Part shown: piece after piece, positions 26,691 through 39,215 of the stretch
Numbering within the stretch: the first letter of the stretch is position 1
How the letters are laid out: each line of letters opens with the position of its first letter
From: Bugula neritina
Taxonomy: Eukaryota; Animalia; Bryozoa
Assembly: GCA_964035545.1 (NCBI GenBank)
Contig: OZ037771.1
Span: forward strand, 2,677,628 to 2,741,627
DNA: 64,000 nucleotides
Reading direction: 5' to 3'
The notes under the pieces: generated by a model
Told to the model about the DNA's origin: nothing
What the model saw: the letters and a program-made list of their open reading frames with translations, nothing else
The model's database searches: none
Position numbers and translations under genes: made by a program

Positions 26691-29643
26691 CTCCATCTAC
26701 TGAAGAACATCAATGCTACTGGCCGTAGACCCACACGCCTCCTACTAACATTAATTTTTGCATAATACCCTCCTATGCTATGCCGTATCTCGTTTAGTGT
26801 CTACTGTTCCACCATTTTAGGGTCTCGTAACAATTCTTGTTTCTTCTGCTAGTGGTTCCATTTATTTTTTTTTGAAGGTAGTAACATTGACTCTATTCTT
26901 ATGAATAGTAAATTCATATTAACACATTTGTATCAGTGTTAAATGTTTATTTTATTGAATATTGTAACCACAAGTTTTGTTGGTTTCCTTATACTAACAT
27001 TTTATCCATTTTATTACTTGTCCATACATTTGCTGGGCACCATTTTTAAGCAATTTAGTTAAAGACAATTTTATAACACTTTATACTTGCAACATGTCTT
27101 AAAATACAAACTATGTGAATATGTGTAGTTCTTCTTCGTTTTTCTTTGCAGTTTAAGTCATGAATAGTTTCTTCATCACGCAGCATAATTATGCATGTTG
27201 CGCTACACAACACTTTATATCTATGTGCTCGCTTATTTAACTGCATTTTACCATACCTTTACTTCTTTATTCACTTAAATCAAATTTCCAACAAACATGT
27301 GTAGAAAGGATATTTACTGACACAACTATATTTATATAATGAATGATGTCTTATAAAAGTATCATCTCACTTTTGGTAATTCACTCAGTATCTTCAGAAA
27401 TCAAAATATAAGTTGTTTAGCCCAAAACTTTAAGTACATAAGTGGTAAATCAAGCAACCCACACCTTCTAATGTCATTTTGGTCAAATAACACAAATATA
27501 GTAGAAACTATAAATAAAAGACTTAATCCTTGTGTGTGTAATATAGTTGTGCTCTCCTGCATAATGAAGTTAGTCCAACTCTAATAACTCTATTTCAATG
27601 TTATTCCCAATCAGTAATTTGACAAAGTTTCTGGAACCTTAAACCTTGTTATATATACTTGCAATTTCAACTATAATTCAGTAAATTGTGACACGTAAGA
27701 ATATATTTGAGTAAAATTAATTGTAAACCTAATAGTCCTGTTTCTAATTTAAACCTTTTTCATGTGAATTACTAATGGCGCCAGAGAATTATGCAGACAC
27801 ACAATAATGTGATCTGGTGATATATTGATATATTGTAGCCTATTGTGGCTCAAATTGACCTTTTCATTGAATTAACTAACTTAATTTAAAATAAGTCTAT
27901 GTTGGTAGTATGTCAATAATTAAATAAAAAAAAACAAATGTTGACACATCTTTATTTTCATCTACTTTCAGTAAACACAGACGATATTCTCGGAATTGAG
28001 TCAGGGCACCTGTCGTTCTTTTAATGATCAACACTTTTCAGCTGTTGAACACACTTCAACTGCAGACTTGAGAAAGAAGCCAAAACTTGCTGTGAAACAA
28101 GAAGCTTCATCTTACACACAGAGGCAGCAATATAAACAGCAAGCAGATTATATTCCATATTGCAGTGAATGTTTGATAAAATTGTATATACTGATGAGTA
28201 CACTATTGTTTGTATTATATTCAAACAATTTAGAGTGAATATTATAATTGAATGACATCCAAGTGCTATAGCAATGTTTTGGTTTGAATCTTGCTGCCAA
28301 AATGACTTCCTTATTAGCTGCATTGCTTTGGAAATGTGAAACTTGCTCATTGTAGTAGCAGCTAGTGTCTGGTTGCTTTCTGTTCTATTCTTTCACATTT
28401 TCTAGTCTGCATATCAGCCATGAGTTTGGTAACCTTATTCAGCCATTTATCTTTATGGAAGTTTTAATATGTTTCAACAATTTAAATTATTTCAAAATGG
28501 AATAAATCGCCATTAAAATTGAATTCAGAATCAATACTTAGAAACATGAACAGACGTGTAGATAGTGACATCTGTAACCTGATAGACTCAGCTGTAAAAA
28601 TTGATTTGTTGTGATTTATATTAAAATAAAATAAGATTAATTTACAGTTAAAGAAAGTATATAAGAGCACACAGATACAGTTAGTTTTCCACTATAATGA
28701 AATGAATCTGCTGCACTAAAAATATTAAATTAGTGTATATTGACAGGATTGGTGCCTATATTGAATTAGTAATAGAAGACAGGTGCTGTATTTTAGCCTA
28801 TTTCATTATTTTAACTTTGGACTCTTAGTATTTACAGTAGAAGATTGAATTACATTGCCTAAGTTTTTTAAATTACACACGTATACTGTATACATACACA
28901 TGCGTAAATGAGGAAAAACGCTGGTTGTGCGAAAGGTCACTGTTTTAGGCAGCCAATGCAAGCAGGAACAAAATTGAGAATGGAAAACTTGCTGGTGGTT
29001 TCGTTTCTATAGCTTCAAAATCTATGGTTTTGATTAAAAGTTAAAAACATCTAAATAGCCGTTTTATCTAAACTCTAAAGCAACATTCGTAAGCAGCAAC
29101 AGTTGAACCAAAGTTTTTATCGAGAAATCGGTATTAAGTTATAATTGGCACTTTTGTCCTTGACCTGGAATATAAATTACCATGACATAGAAAGTTCCCG
29201 GAGATTATAAAAAAAGATAGCTCCAAGTTCTAGTGGCAATGTCACCATCCCTACTGGAAATATATACAAGTACAGGTAAAAAGTGTTGCCTTTGCTTTCT
29301 GGAATTCAGGCTTAAAGTAAGAATTCTGTTATAGCATAGGGCTGAACATTTGTAGGTTTCACATTAGAGATTGCTTTGCAGATGTCACGTGATTAACTAG
29401 CCACAAAGAGTTGTTTCCCTAAACCCTGGGCCACATGACTCATCCATATAGTAGTACGTGACTTGTTACTAGTTACCTCCAAATAAGGAAATACCTAAAT
29501 ATCAGAATATGTTAACCACACTATATTATCTCCAAGGCAGCATGCTGCCTGTATTCTTGATGTCAGGTGATGTTTTCTTGACATAAAAGATGTGAGTAAT
29601 TAGGTGTAAGTTTGAGAGCTGGCCTCAAGTAATCTTTTGTAGG

Positions 29644-31894
29644 GTGTTTAATCAGCTTCCGATTAAACTTGATGGATACTATCAAACAGTCAAAACACCT
29701 ACCCGCAACAATAAAATTCTTGATAAATGCTATATCAGGATCAAAGATGCCTTCAAACAATGCCATCAACTTGCAAAGCTTGGTGGGTCAGATCACTTTA
29801 TAACACATCTCATACCAACCTACACACCATTATCTAAATACAAACCAACTCGAGTCACCAGACGTATATATTCTGAAGAGAACTGTGAAAAGCTGAAAGC
29901 AGCATTGGACATTACTATCTGGAATAATCTGCTCTCTGATGATGATAACATCCATCAACAAACTGAAATTGTAACAGACTATATAAACTTCTGCACAGAT
30001 ATTTGCATACCCACGAAAAGCTTCAGAACATGTACCAATCAGAAACCTTGGATTACTAAACATATTACAGAAATGATCTATCAAAAACAAGTAGCCCACA
30101 AAGATGGAAACCGTAAACTATATAATAAGCTCAAACGTGACATCACCAGATCTATAACCAACAGCAAAGTTAATTACTCTAAGAAAATTCAACTACAATT
30201 AGTAAATCAACCAGCCAAAGCATGGACTGATATAAAGAAAATAAGTGGTCTACCACACAGCAAGACAACTACTGCTAAAGCTAACCCATTTACACCTGAT
30301 GACCTAAATACCTTCTTCACCCGATATGAAAAGCCTATATCTCATCAGCCTGTTTTTGATAGCAACATTATCAGTGCACCTCCATTGGAAATATCAGAAG
30401 ACGCTGTTCTCAAACAGCTAAAGGGACTAAACTCACGAAAAGGTGCAGGTCCTGATGGTCTCATTCCGAAAGTTTTAAAAATCTGCTGCTATCAACTAGC
30501 ACCTGTCTTTACAAAACTGTTTACTTTCTCCATCCAATCTAAGACAACTCCAAATTCATGGAAATCTGCAATGATCAAGCCACTTCCTAAAGTCAAAAAT
30601 CCTGAACTACTTAAACAATATCGTCCAATTGCTCTCACAAGCTGTATATGCAAAATGCTGGAAAGGCTCATCAAACACTACATTATAACTCATACACCTA
30701 TGGACAAATATCAGTTCGCATATCGCACAAATCGCTCTACACAAGATGCGCTGTTATGTCTAACTACAACTGTGACAAGTTTCATTGATAAGAAAGCATC
30801 CAATTACGCAAGGTGCCTCTTTCTAGACTTCTCTTCTGCATTCAATACTATATCTATTCCAGACCTCATTACGCAACTAACTCATCTTGACTCCAATGTT
30901 ACTGAGTGGATTTACAGCTTTCTTACAAACAGAGTACAGCGCACAGTAGTGGATGGCATAACATCAAATCCAATCATAACTAACACAGGAACTCCCCAAG
31001 GGTGCTGTTTATCTCCACTATTGTTTTCTATTTACACTAATAGGATTACCTCAAGCCAGAGCAACATCACCTCACCGTAATTAAATATGCAGATGACACT
31101 TGCATTATTGGCTGCATTGGCAAACAGTCTGATCTAAATATTTACTTTGACGAGATTAAAAGAATTTCTAAGCAATGTGATGATTTAAATCTATTATTAA
31201 ACCCTAGCAAGACCCAAGAAATGATGTTCTCAACCCAACGTGCTAAACCTCATACCCCTACTCTCGTATTGAATGGAACAAACATTGTATTGTCTGAAAA
31301 AGTGAGATATCTTGGTGTGTTAGTGGATCAGAATTTGAGATTTCATGAACATGTACAATCAGTAGTAACAACAGCATCAAGAAGAATGTATATTGTGAAG
31401 AATTTTGCGTATCTTAGCTCTAAACCTCTAGCAAATATGCTATTCAAAAGTTTCATCATGTCCCGCATCGCCTATTGTCTACCTACTATTTTTACTTGTA
31501 TCTATGCCAGTGATAAAAAGGCTATTCGAAGAATTCTCAAAGATTGCTCAAAACTCGGAATTAAGTATCTAAACATTGATTTGCACATTCAGAAACTCAC
31601 TAAAGAACTTGCCATCAAATATATAACAGACAATGACCATTTCATCAATAACTTTCTTAGTCAATGCCCTTCTGGAAGATATCGAACCATCAAATATAGA
31701 AGGGCATGGGGCAGAGATAGCTTCTTGCGACATCTTGTAAATACTTTAAATGAGCTTTTATTTTAAATAATCCAACAGAGTTTTGATTTTTTCTCTTATT
31801 TTTGTTCATTCCTACTTATTATAGCCAGTATTTACACTGAATTTTGCAACGTGTTGTCATGTTTGTGATATGTAATAAATCAATCAATCAATCA
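29644..31894 (+). mobile_element. 5'-truncated non-LTR retrotransposon (CR1 group, Rex1/Babar- or L2-like) with frameshifted RT
   Basis: End of APE endonuclease (TRNNKILDKCY, LGGSDH), KPWIT, RT motifs GAGPDG, YRPIALTS, QFAYRTNRST, FLDFSSAFNTI, GTPQGCCLSPLLF, KYADD (in shifted frame, about 31083-31097), YLGV; 3' tail aataaa(tcaa)n. Confidence 0.92.
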
Positions 31895-33015
31895 GTTACA
31901 TATGACCACCCGGTATTATGATGCTGAACCTTTTACCTATACCAACTTGTTAAAGAGACACTTTTTGTTTTCTAATACCTAAACATAAACAGACAAGTTG
32001 AAGTGAAAGAGCTTTGCCAAAGAGATCACCATAACAATCTGGAGAAAAATGTTTAAATAATATAGTCATGTGATTCACTTTCTTTTAAATACAGTAACAT
32101 CCTATTTATTTAAGCAATGCCCAACGAGATAAAAGAAGAATTAATGAAATAAATAGATAAATGGAGGAAATTAGCCAGTGCTTTAAAAAAAACCTAGAAA
32201 TAAGCTTAGAAAAACTGAAAGACTTTAAAAAAAATAGAAAATTAAATTACAAAAAGAAAACTAGTCACAAGATATTCTGTGCCAACTTGAACAATTACCA
32301 AATTTTGTAGTAATAGCTCTAGCAGATTTGTGGCACCAAAGATTTTTCACTGCAAAATAAAGCAGCAGTGAGGTACTTGCCGAAATTGAGAATTTGGACA
32401 AAGCCTGGATTCTAAATGAAAATTATAGCAAAAGATATTATGTTGGTGTGAGAAATTAAACAGCTCCTGCTATTGAAATTTTTCCAGTACTATACCTAAA
32501 TGTCTCTTTTTCAATTTATAAAAATCAAAAAGCTATTAACACTTCTATACATCATGGCTACATCTTAAGCATTTCCATCTTTTCTGAAATATGCATTAGA
32601 AATTACAAAACAGGTAAATATAGCTTTCATTTATTATATAAACTTGCCTCAAACAAAATTCTCACTTATGTGTCCACAAAGGCAAGTACTGATATCTAAT
32701 ATTGTAGTTCTGAAAACCAGCTCCTCTCTAATAAATCTATTACAAATATAAAGCATCAGCATGTATAAAGCTTCAGCATGTATAAAGCAGTTTTAATAGC
32801 CAGTTTTGAAACAAAAAAAGGCTAATTGCATTGTATTAATTCTTTTGTATTCCTAACCTAAGTTTAACTTAAAATTTAGCTAATATTAGGGGAGGGTAGG
32901 GGTTGCTAAACGTATTATAAACCCACAAAATTGTTTGACTTTCTAAAAATTGACACTAGGCTAAATTTATTGGTTAACCAATTAATGTCTACCCTATCAC
33001 AGAGTGATATAACTA

Positions 33016-33231
33016 TGACCTTTAACCCTCTCGCCTTCTTCATGGAAACCCGAGTATTTAGAATGTGGTTAGAGTCAGCATAACATCAACAGGCAGCTGT
33101 GCTGTTAGTGATCATGTACTAAAAATAGTGATGACTTCTTTGTTGGTCACGTGATGACTGCATTAGTCATCCAGTATGAAATTAGAAACACATGTTTTGT
33201 GTTGTTGCATCACATCTTCTCAGGTATAAAA
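33016..33231 (+). promoter_or_regulatory. Conserved core promoter of the secreted-protein cluster, copy 1 (DR1-like 33016-33028, E-box CACGTG 33148-33153, TATAAAA 33225-33231)
   Basis: Same motifs at the same spacing upstream of copy 2 (41088-41303) and copy 3 (47420-47635); TATA and E-box also in copy 4 (53825-53910). Confidence 0.6.
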
Positions 33232-33284
33232 GTTGGAGGTGATGTGAGATGTTTCATTCTAAAGTCTGCAACTAAACAACAAAC

Positions 33285-34687
33285 ATGAACATCCAAATTC
33301 TACTTTGTCTGCTTGTCTGTGCTGTGCTGGTAAGTTAAAATTATTTTAGAAAATAAAGTAGAAAGCATTCCTTTGTGGTTATAAAATATTCTGCTAGTGC
33401 ATGTGAGAATTTATTGTACACTTCAAAATTAGAATAAACACTTGAACTGCAAATCATACCAGTTTGTGTTTTAAATTATTGGCCAGTAACGTTTTTAAAT
33501 TGAATGCTGTTTGAATGCACTTTCACAGATCAAACCCGACTATTTTTTACTTGAAAAGTCAATATTTTCGGAAACTGTTGGTGTTGCCTGGCAAACTGGT
33601 GGAATAGCCTGTGTGTGCATGCTCAACAAAGCCTACCATTTAGCTAATTGCCTTCATATTATATGATGTTAATTAGGAAGAGTATTCAGATATTACCTAT
33701 CTTTCAACTTGTTATTAGGTTTCGATCATCTTCAGTGGTACCAAACGGAAGAAACACACGCTCACTTCGCTTGATGGGTAAGATTATATGAAACCATAAT
33801 TAGAACACAACAAAACATCTGTAACATTACATTGTAAAAGTGCAACATAATACATAACATAAGTATAACATATGTATAATGTAAGTATATAACATGTGTA
33901 ATATAATATAAGTATAATATATATAAGTATATAGTTTCATTACATATTTTTCTTGAATACACCTCTTCATAATCGTTTATTTTTTGTTGACAGATTATAT
34001 TAGGATAAGACCTTACTATTTTGGTGATAGCTATCAGCTGCGGTAAGTGGTTTCTGAATATAAATAAACAGTAGAATTAATCTAATTGTAGAAATTGTTC
34101 AAATTAATTCATAAAATTGATTACAAAGGTTAGAGTAATTCTCCAGTCACTTGATATGCAGCATAGCAATGACTTTCACTTAGCCAATATCTATTCCACA
34201 GCTGGCGCTACCCCTATTGGATACCAGAGCGACAAACCACCACCACCACCACCACTGCCATGCCTGACAGACATACAACTGACATGGCTGACACTAGTTT
34301 AGAATGGTGGGAAGATAACTTCAACAGCACAAATTCAGACAAGGAAGAGTTTGATGTTTTTAGCTGGTTAGAGTCCTTGGAGATTTTCGAAAGCTCAAGT
34401 AATCAAACTGAAAGGGAGAATAGAGGTAGCAATAGGAAAAGTAATCGTCAAGGAGGTAAAAATTCTCGCATGCAAAACCGTGAAGGTGGATTCGTTCAAA
34501 TGTCCCGTGGAGATGGAAAGGAAGGGAGAGGCAGACCTTATTCTCGCAACTCATCTGTAGAAGAAACAACTCCTAGCTGGTGTCTCAGTTACTGTTATAA
34601 ATGGATCGGGAAAATCAGAAACTTTGAGCAAGTGTTCCCAACTTTAAGTAAGTGTCCTTATGTTGTATACAAGAAATATATGATGTG

Positions 34688-34762
<75 letters not shown>

Positions 34763-36296
34763 TATATGTATATATATATATATATACATTATATGTATAT
34801 ATATATATATATATGTTATATAATGTGATAATATATATGCTATATAATGTGGTAAGATATATTTTATACGATCTGATACAAATATATTCTGTATAATATA
34901 TGGTTTTTATACTGCCTTGCAAAATATCTACTAACTTTCTAAAATGTTTTATTTTGTAGAAATACCTGACTTTTTCAAAAAGAAGGCCATCGAGTCTTTC
35001 TGTCAAATAGCCAGTGAACAGCTATGCAGGTAAATGTACTAGTATAAGTGAGTAAAGCTGTGTAAGCAAGAGCAATCAGCTGACTCTGTTTACTGCTCTG
35101 TATCTTTTGACTCTCAATTTAAAATAAGATTGCGATTTACTATTTTTCTTAGCTCCACCATTCTACAAACTGTATTCGGTAGCAATCTGCAGGCTGTATT
35201 CAGTAGCAATATGGAAAGTTTCAGGAAGTGTTTGCTAATTTAATTTTCAATTATTCTATTTATAATCTGTATCTTTTATAAGTTCTGTTTTATTCACAGC
35301 TCTAATGGTACGATGCCTTCTAACCTCACTGTAACAGTGGATCCAACAGGAAACTCTACCGAGCCAACTTCCTGTTTGTCTGGAGATGATTGCGAGATGG
35401 ATGAATGTTGTGTTATTGGAAGGTAATGTTATTATAATATAGATTGTAAATATATTTGTTTGTATAGCATATTGTCAATATACTTCTTAGCAACCACATT
35501 TATTACATCCATTTAATATCAAACTGTATACATTTAGGTCAGGAATGAGATGTGAAAAGTTGAACTCTCTTGGAGATACATGCAGATACACAGAAGATAA
35601 CGAGAATGTCACAGATGTTTACCTTTTTAAGTGTCCGTGTGCTGAGGGATTTGAATGTCACCTCAACCAATCACAGGTGAGATTTGGAGTTGGTTTTTCT
35701 ATAATAAAAAAAGAAAACAAATTTGAACTGATTGCAAATTACTTATTTACTGTATTATTGGTAATGAAAAGGAAATAAGTTAAAACAAAATATATTACCT
35801 TTTCATGTGTAAGTTTAATTTCATAGGAATCTACATCAAGAGGTGAAAAGAGAAAGATGTCCAAGGGACAGTGTGTAGAATCCAATACAACTACTCCCTC
35901 ATCAGAGATGACAACTCCTGACCTTATAGAAGTAACTCCGCTCATTCCAACCACTTGTGTAGAGCACATGGATTGTCCCTTCTCTCAATGCTGTACATTT
36001 AGGTAAGCTAAGGAGACCATTATTATATATCTTAGTAAGAAATTAACATAGTTATTTTTCTCTGTGCTAGTTCCTTCATGATTAGTAATCCATGTTTTCA
36101 TGATTTCAGTGCGAAGGGAGATAAGTCCAGTGGTCTATGTAAAGATTTCTCAGTTGAAGGTGCTACTTGCTCTACCCCAGAAACTTTCCTAGAGTTTCCT
36201 CAGGTTGGGGCATGTCCTTGCCAGGCCCCTAATCAGTGTCAAACGTCAACAGGATTTTCTGCTGATCCCACAGTGAATGGAATTTGTAAACCATAG
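33285..36296 (+). CDS. Secreted protein with two prokineticin/colipase-like 10-Cys domains, copy 1
   Basis: Signal exon MNIQILLCLLVCAVL (33285-33329); exons around 33994-34042, 34202-34647, 34960-35029, 35300-35422, 35538-35676, 35827-36002, 36110-36296. Domains C-x5-C-x4-CC...C...G.TC...CPC..G..C...C. Exon(s) between 33330 and 33993 unresolved. Confidence 0.75.
34690..34815. repeat. (TA)n microsatellite
   Basis: Long TA run inside a copy-1 intron. Confidence 0.95.
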
Positions 36297-37065
36297 TTCT
36301 GTATCCTGGAAAATTTCAGATTATTTTGTAGCTTCTTCATGGCTTGCTAAAGAATTATTTTTGTGCTGATCTTGCTGAATTTTACTCTCCATTTATCTGT
36401 TGGCTACTTTAAAATTCTAGTATAAATAATCACAATAATCGAACATTTTATTTTGTATCAATTAAAGTGAATTTTATTTTTATAAAAAAGCATCAATTAG
36501 GTGTTATGAATATTTTTTAAAAATGTTATCATGATAATGTTTTAATAAAGTTGTAATAAAATAAAACCAGTTATTTTAATTTAGCTGTTAGCATGCAACC
36601 ACATATATTGAGTTTACTATTATTAACAAAAACATATAAATGCATAATAATATTATGATCTGATTCACTCAAGTAACCACAGGGTTTTTTTACTTCAGCA
36701 CTCTGATCAGTGTAATTAGTAAATTAAAAGACAAAGACAAATTGTTAATAAATTTGTTTATGTTTACAAAAATTTCAATTTTATAAGCTTTAAAAGATAA
36801 CCTTTTACAAACATTTCAAAAGCACTTAACATAATAATGATTTAACTAGTATTCAGAGTAGAATTGATAAATTACAGAAACTAATTTGATTTGCTATAAG
36901 TTTCTATTTTATGTATGATTGTACTTTTTTATATTGTGGTAAATTATGTTAATGATAACTGCTGGATTTGTTGGGTGTAACTGGTAGAGAGCTCAAGCTC
37001 TAAACTAATGATCAGCTAAAGTCTAATATAAAAGAGGTAAAAAATATATTGACAGCAACTAAATA

Positions 37066-37270
37066 GGGAGCAGCCGTGGTCTAGGGGTTATTAGAGCATT
37101 TGCCTAGTAAACACAAAGTCATAGGTTCAAGCCCAGACAAAGGCCATTGGTGATGTTAAGAAGAGCATCTAGCCATAATTGCTCCTGTGCCTCATCTAAA
37201 TAAGTCCTTAGCCCGCTTTAATAAAAACCCTTTCCATCAGGAGTTTCTCACAGAGATGGTGACTATAAAC
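37066..37270 (+). mobile_element. tRNA-Thr(AGT)-derived SINE-like element (3' end uncertain)
   Basis: A box (tggtctagggg), anticodon-arm remnant cctagtaaaca, B box ggttcaagccc; acceptor stem not pairable; followed by a non-tRNA body. Confidence 0.6.
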
Positions 37271-37947
37271 TTGTGTGAGTTTTTATCAACTGCAATTAAA
37301 TAACAATGATATTGTATATTAATATCATGATAACAATAGAATAAAACATGTCATAAAAAGCTGTTTAGTAGCACCTATCTATATAGTCATAGCCATGTAA
37401 GTTCTCTAAACTCAATAGCTTTCTTGTTTTAGCTTTGAGTTTGGCGATTATAATTGAATATTTCAAACTAACAATTTCAAACTAAACTTGTTAGTTAATT
37501 AGTGAATATTTAGCAACCCAAGTTGTTGTCATCAAATGACACCAAATGATTAAATGACAGGCTGTCATATAGAGTCACTGATGATATAAACAATAACAAT
37601 AAAATTGATAATAAAAACATAATAGCATTTTTATATATTCTCACATTATAATAAAAAACACATACTTGCTTAGTTTCTTAGTCAAATTTATATTCCATAC
37701 TCTAAAATTCTGAAATTTTAAAATCTCTGAGATTCATAAGCAACAATATAGCTTTATACTTATTATTATATTATAATTTATTATATTATTATTGTATTAA
37801 AAATATAATTTATTACTCCGATATAATTTATAGCAATGTTTTACTCAACATATACAATGCAAAATAATTTAATGAACCTCCTATAAATGGTGCGTTTATA
37901 TGGTTTTTATTCGCCACATCATCACGTCAAAAACAACATCTCCCTAA

Positions 37948-38291
37948 GCCTAGGGCCACACTGTGCGTATTTTCGCATGCGAAAATTAAAATCACAAGTA
38001 GCAAAGGTGTCCACTGTAGCGTCAGTGATGCGTGATAAATAAAGCTTTCATTTTTAAATCGCACTCGCTTTCAATAGAACGCAATTTGCTGGAATGTAGC
38101 ACTAAATTAAAGAAATTGGGCTCGCTGAATAGCTACCTGCCAATTAGGTGACGATGACAGAGACGATTCGCACTTGTCGCTCAGCATTTTCAACGCAAGT
38201 GCGAACGTTTTCTCAACGCGCACAGTGGACACCTTTGCTACTTGTGATTTCAATTTTCGCATGCGAAAATACGCACCGTGTGGCCCTAGGC
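37948..38291. mobile_element. MITE, PIF/Harbinger (Tourist)-like, 344 bp
   Basis: 70-bp terminal inverted repeats (37948-38017 and 38222-38291, 2 mismatches); TAA target-site duplication at 37945-37947 and 38292-38294. Confidence 0.9.
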
Positions 38292-39215
38292 TAACAGCTA
38301 AAGGCATTAAAGGCATTGACTTTTCAAAAGAGCTGAAAAACTTTACAGTTTTGACTTGAAATATTTTTGACTTGACAGGTCTCTAAGAGAAGCCTATGAG
38401 TCATGTATACCATATAATTACTATATTAAAACATCTGGTAATCTACTAACTTATAGACCACAGGCTAATTTAATAGTACTCTCTGTCCGAGGACTGTATA
38501 GTAATTTATTTCTGCTAACAACAACTTCTCTCAATTAAACTCCTAACGCTACATAATAAACTTATCAGAGGATATATACATCATAGCAGCATAGATTAAC
38601 CAGAAGTAAAGACATGTTAGTAAAATCTTCCCTGCATATAGTTTAGCTATGAGTCAGTTGTTATCAAATAGACAGGCTTCTTGCATACAGCCTATAGAAT
38701 AGTAACCTGCAATCATTATTATCATCATTATATAACTTTGTTATTAGCATTATTGGCTGTCGCAGCTTTTTGCTAATGGAAATACTGCAGCCCTCTAGTT
38801 TAACAAATAAGGAAAACAAGCTAAGACTGAGTACAGTTGTATACTTATATAAGTGCTTGTAATTATATATTCCTGCTTGCCAATTTTTGATATCATTCTT
38901 TGTGCTTCAGTATTATCAACATTATTGTTATCATTATCGTTGTTTAAAATCAGTGCTAACACCCTATCATCATGTAAGATAAAATATAGTTGAATAGAGG
39001 ATGCAAACAGTTTATTATATACATTTTATGGATCTAGAAAAAGGGGAACAAATGCGTTAAATATAATATATACAATAATACTGGCAGCACAGTACATGGC
39101 AAAATAAACTTATGCAAGAAAACTATATTATGCTGTATCCAACAAAGTAAGAAATATGTATATAGAAGCCTAGCTCAGTTTCCATAGTGACTAGAAAACA
39201 TTCTGGAATACAGAA

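Noticed and set aside
27000-29600. Possible gene between SMC4 and the LINE (ORFs 27996-28238, 28021-28350)
   Set aside because: No recognisable protein motifs or consistent exon chain
37066-37146. Functional tRNA-Thr gene
   Set aside because: Acceptor and anticodon stems do not pair properly; treated as a SINE head or pseudogene
38107-38359. Two short ORFs on opposite strands
   Set aside because: They lie across the MITE; no transposase motifs
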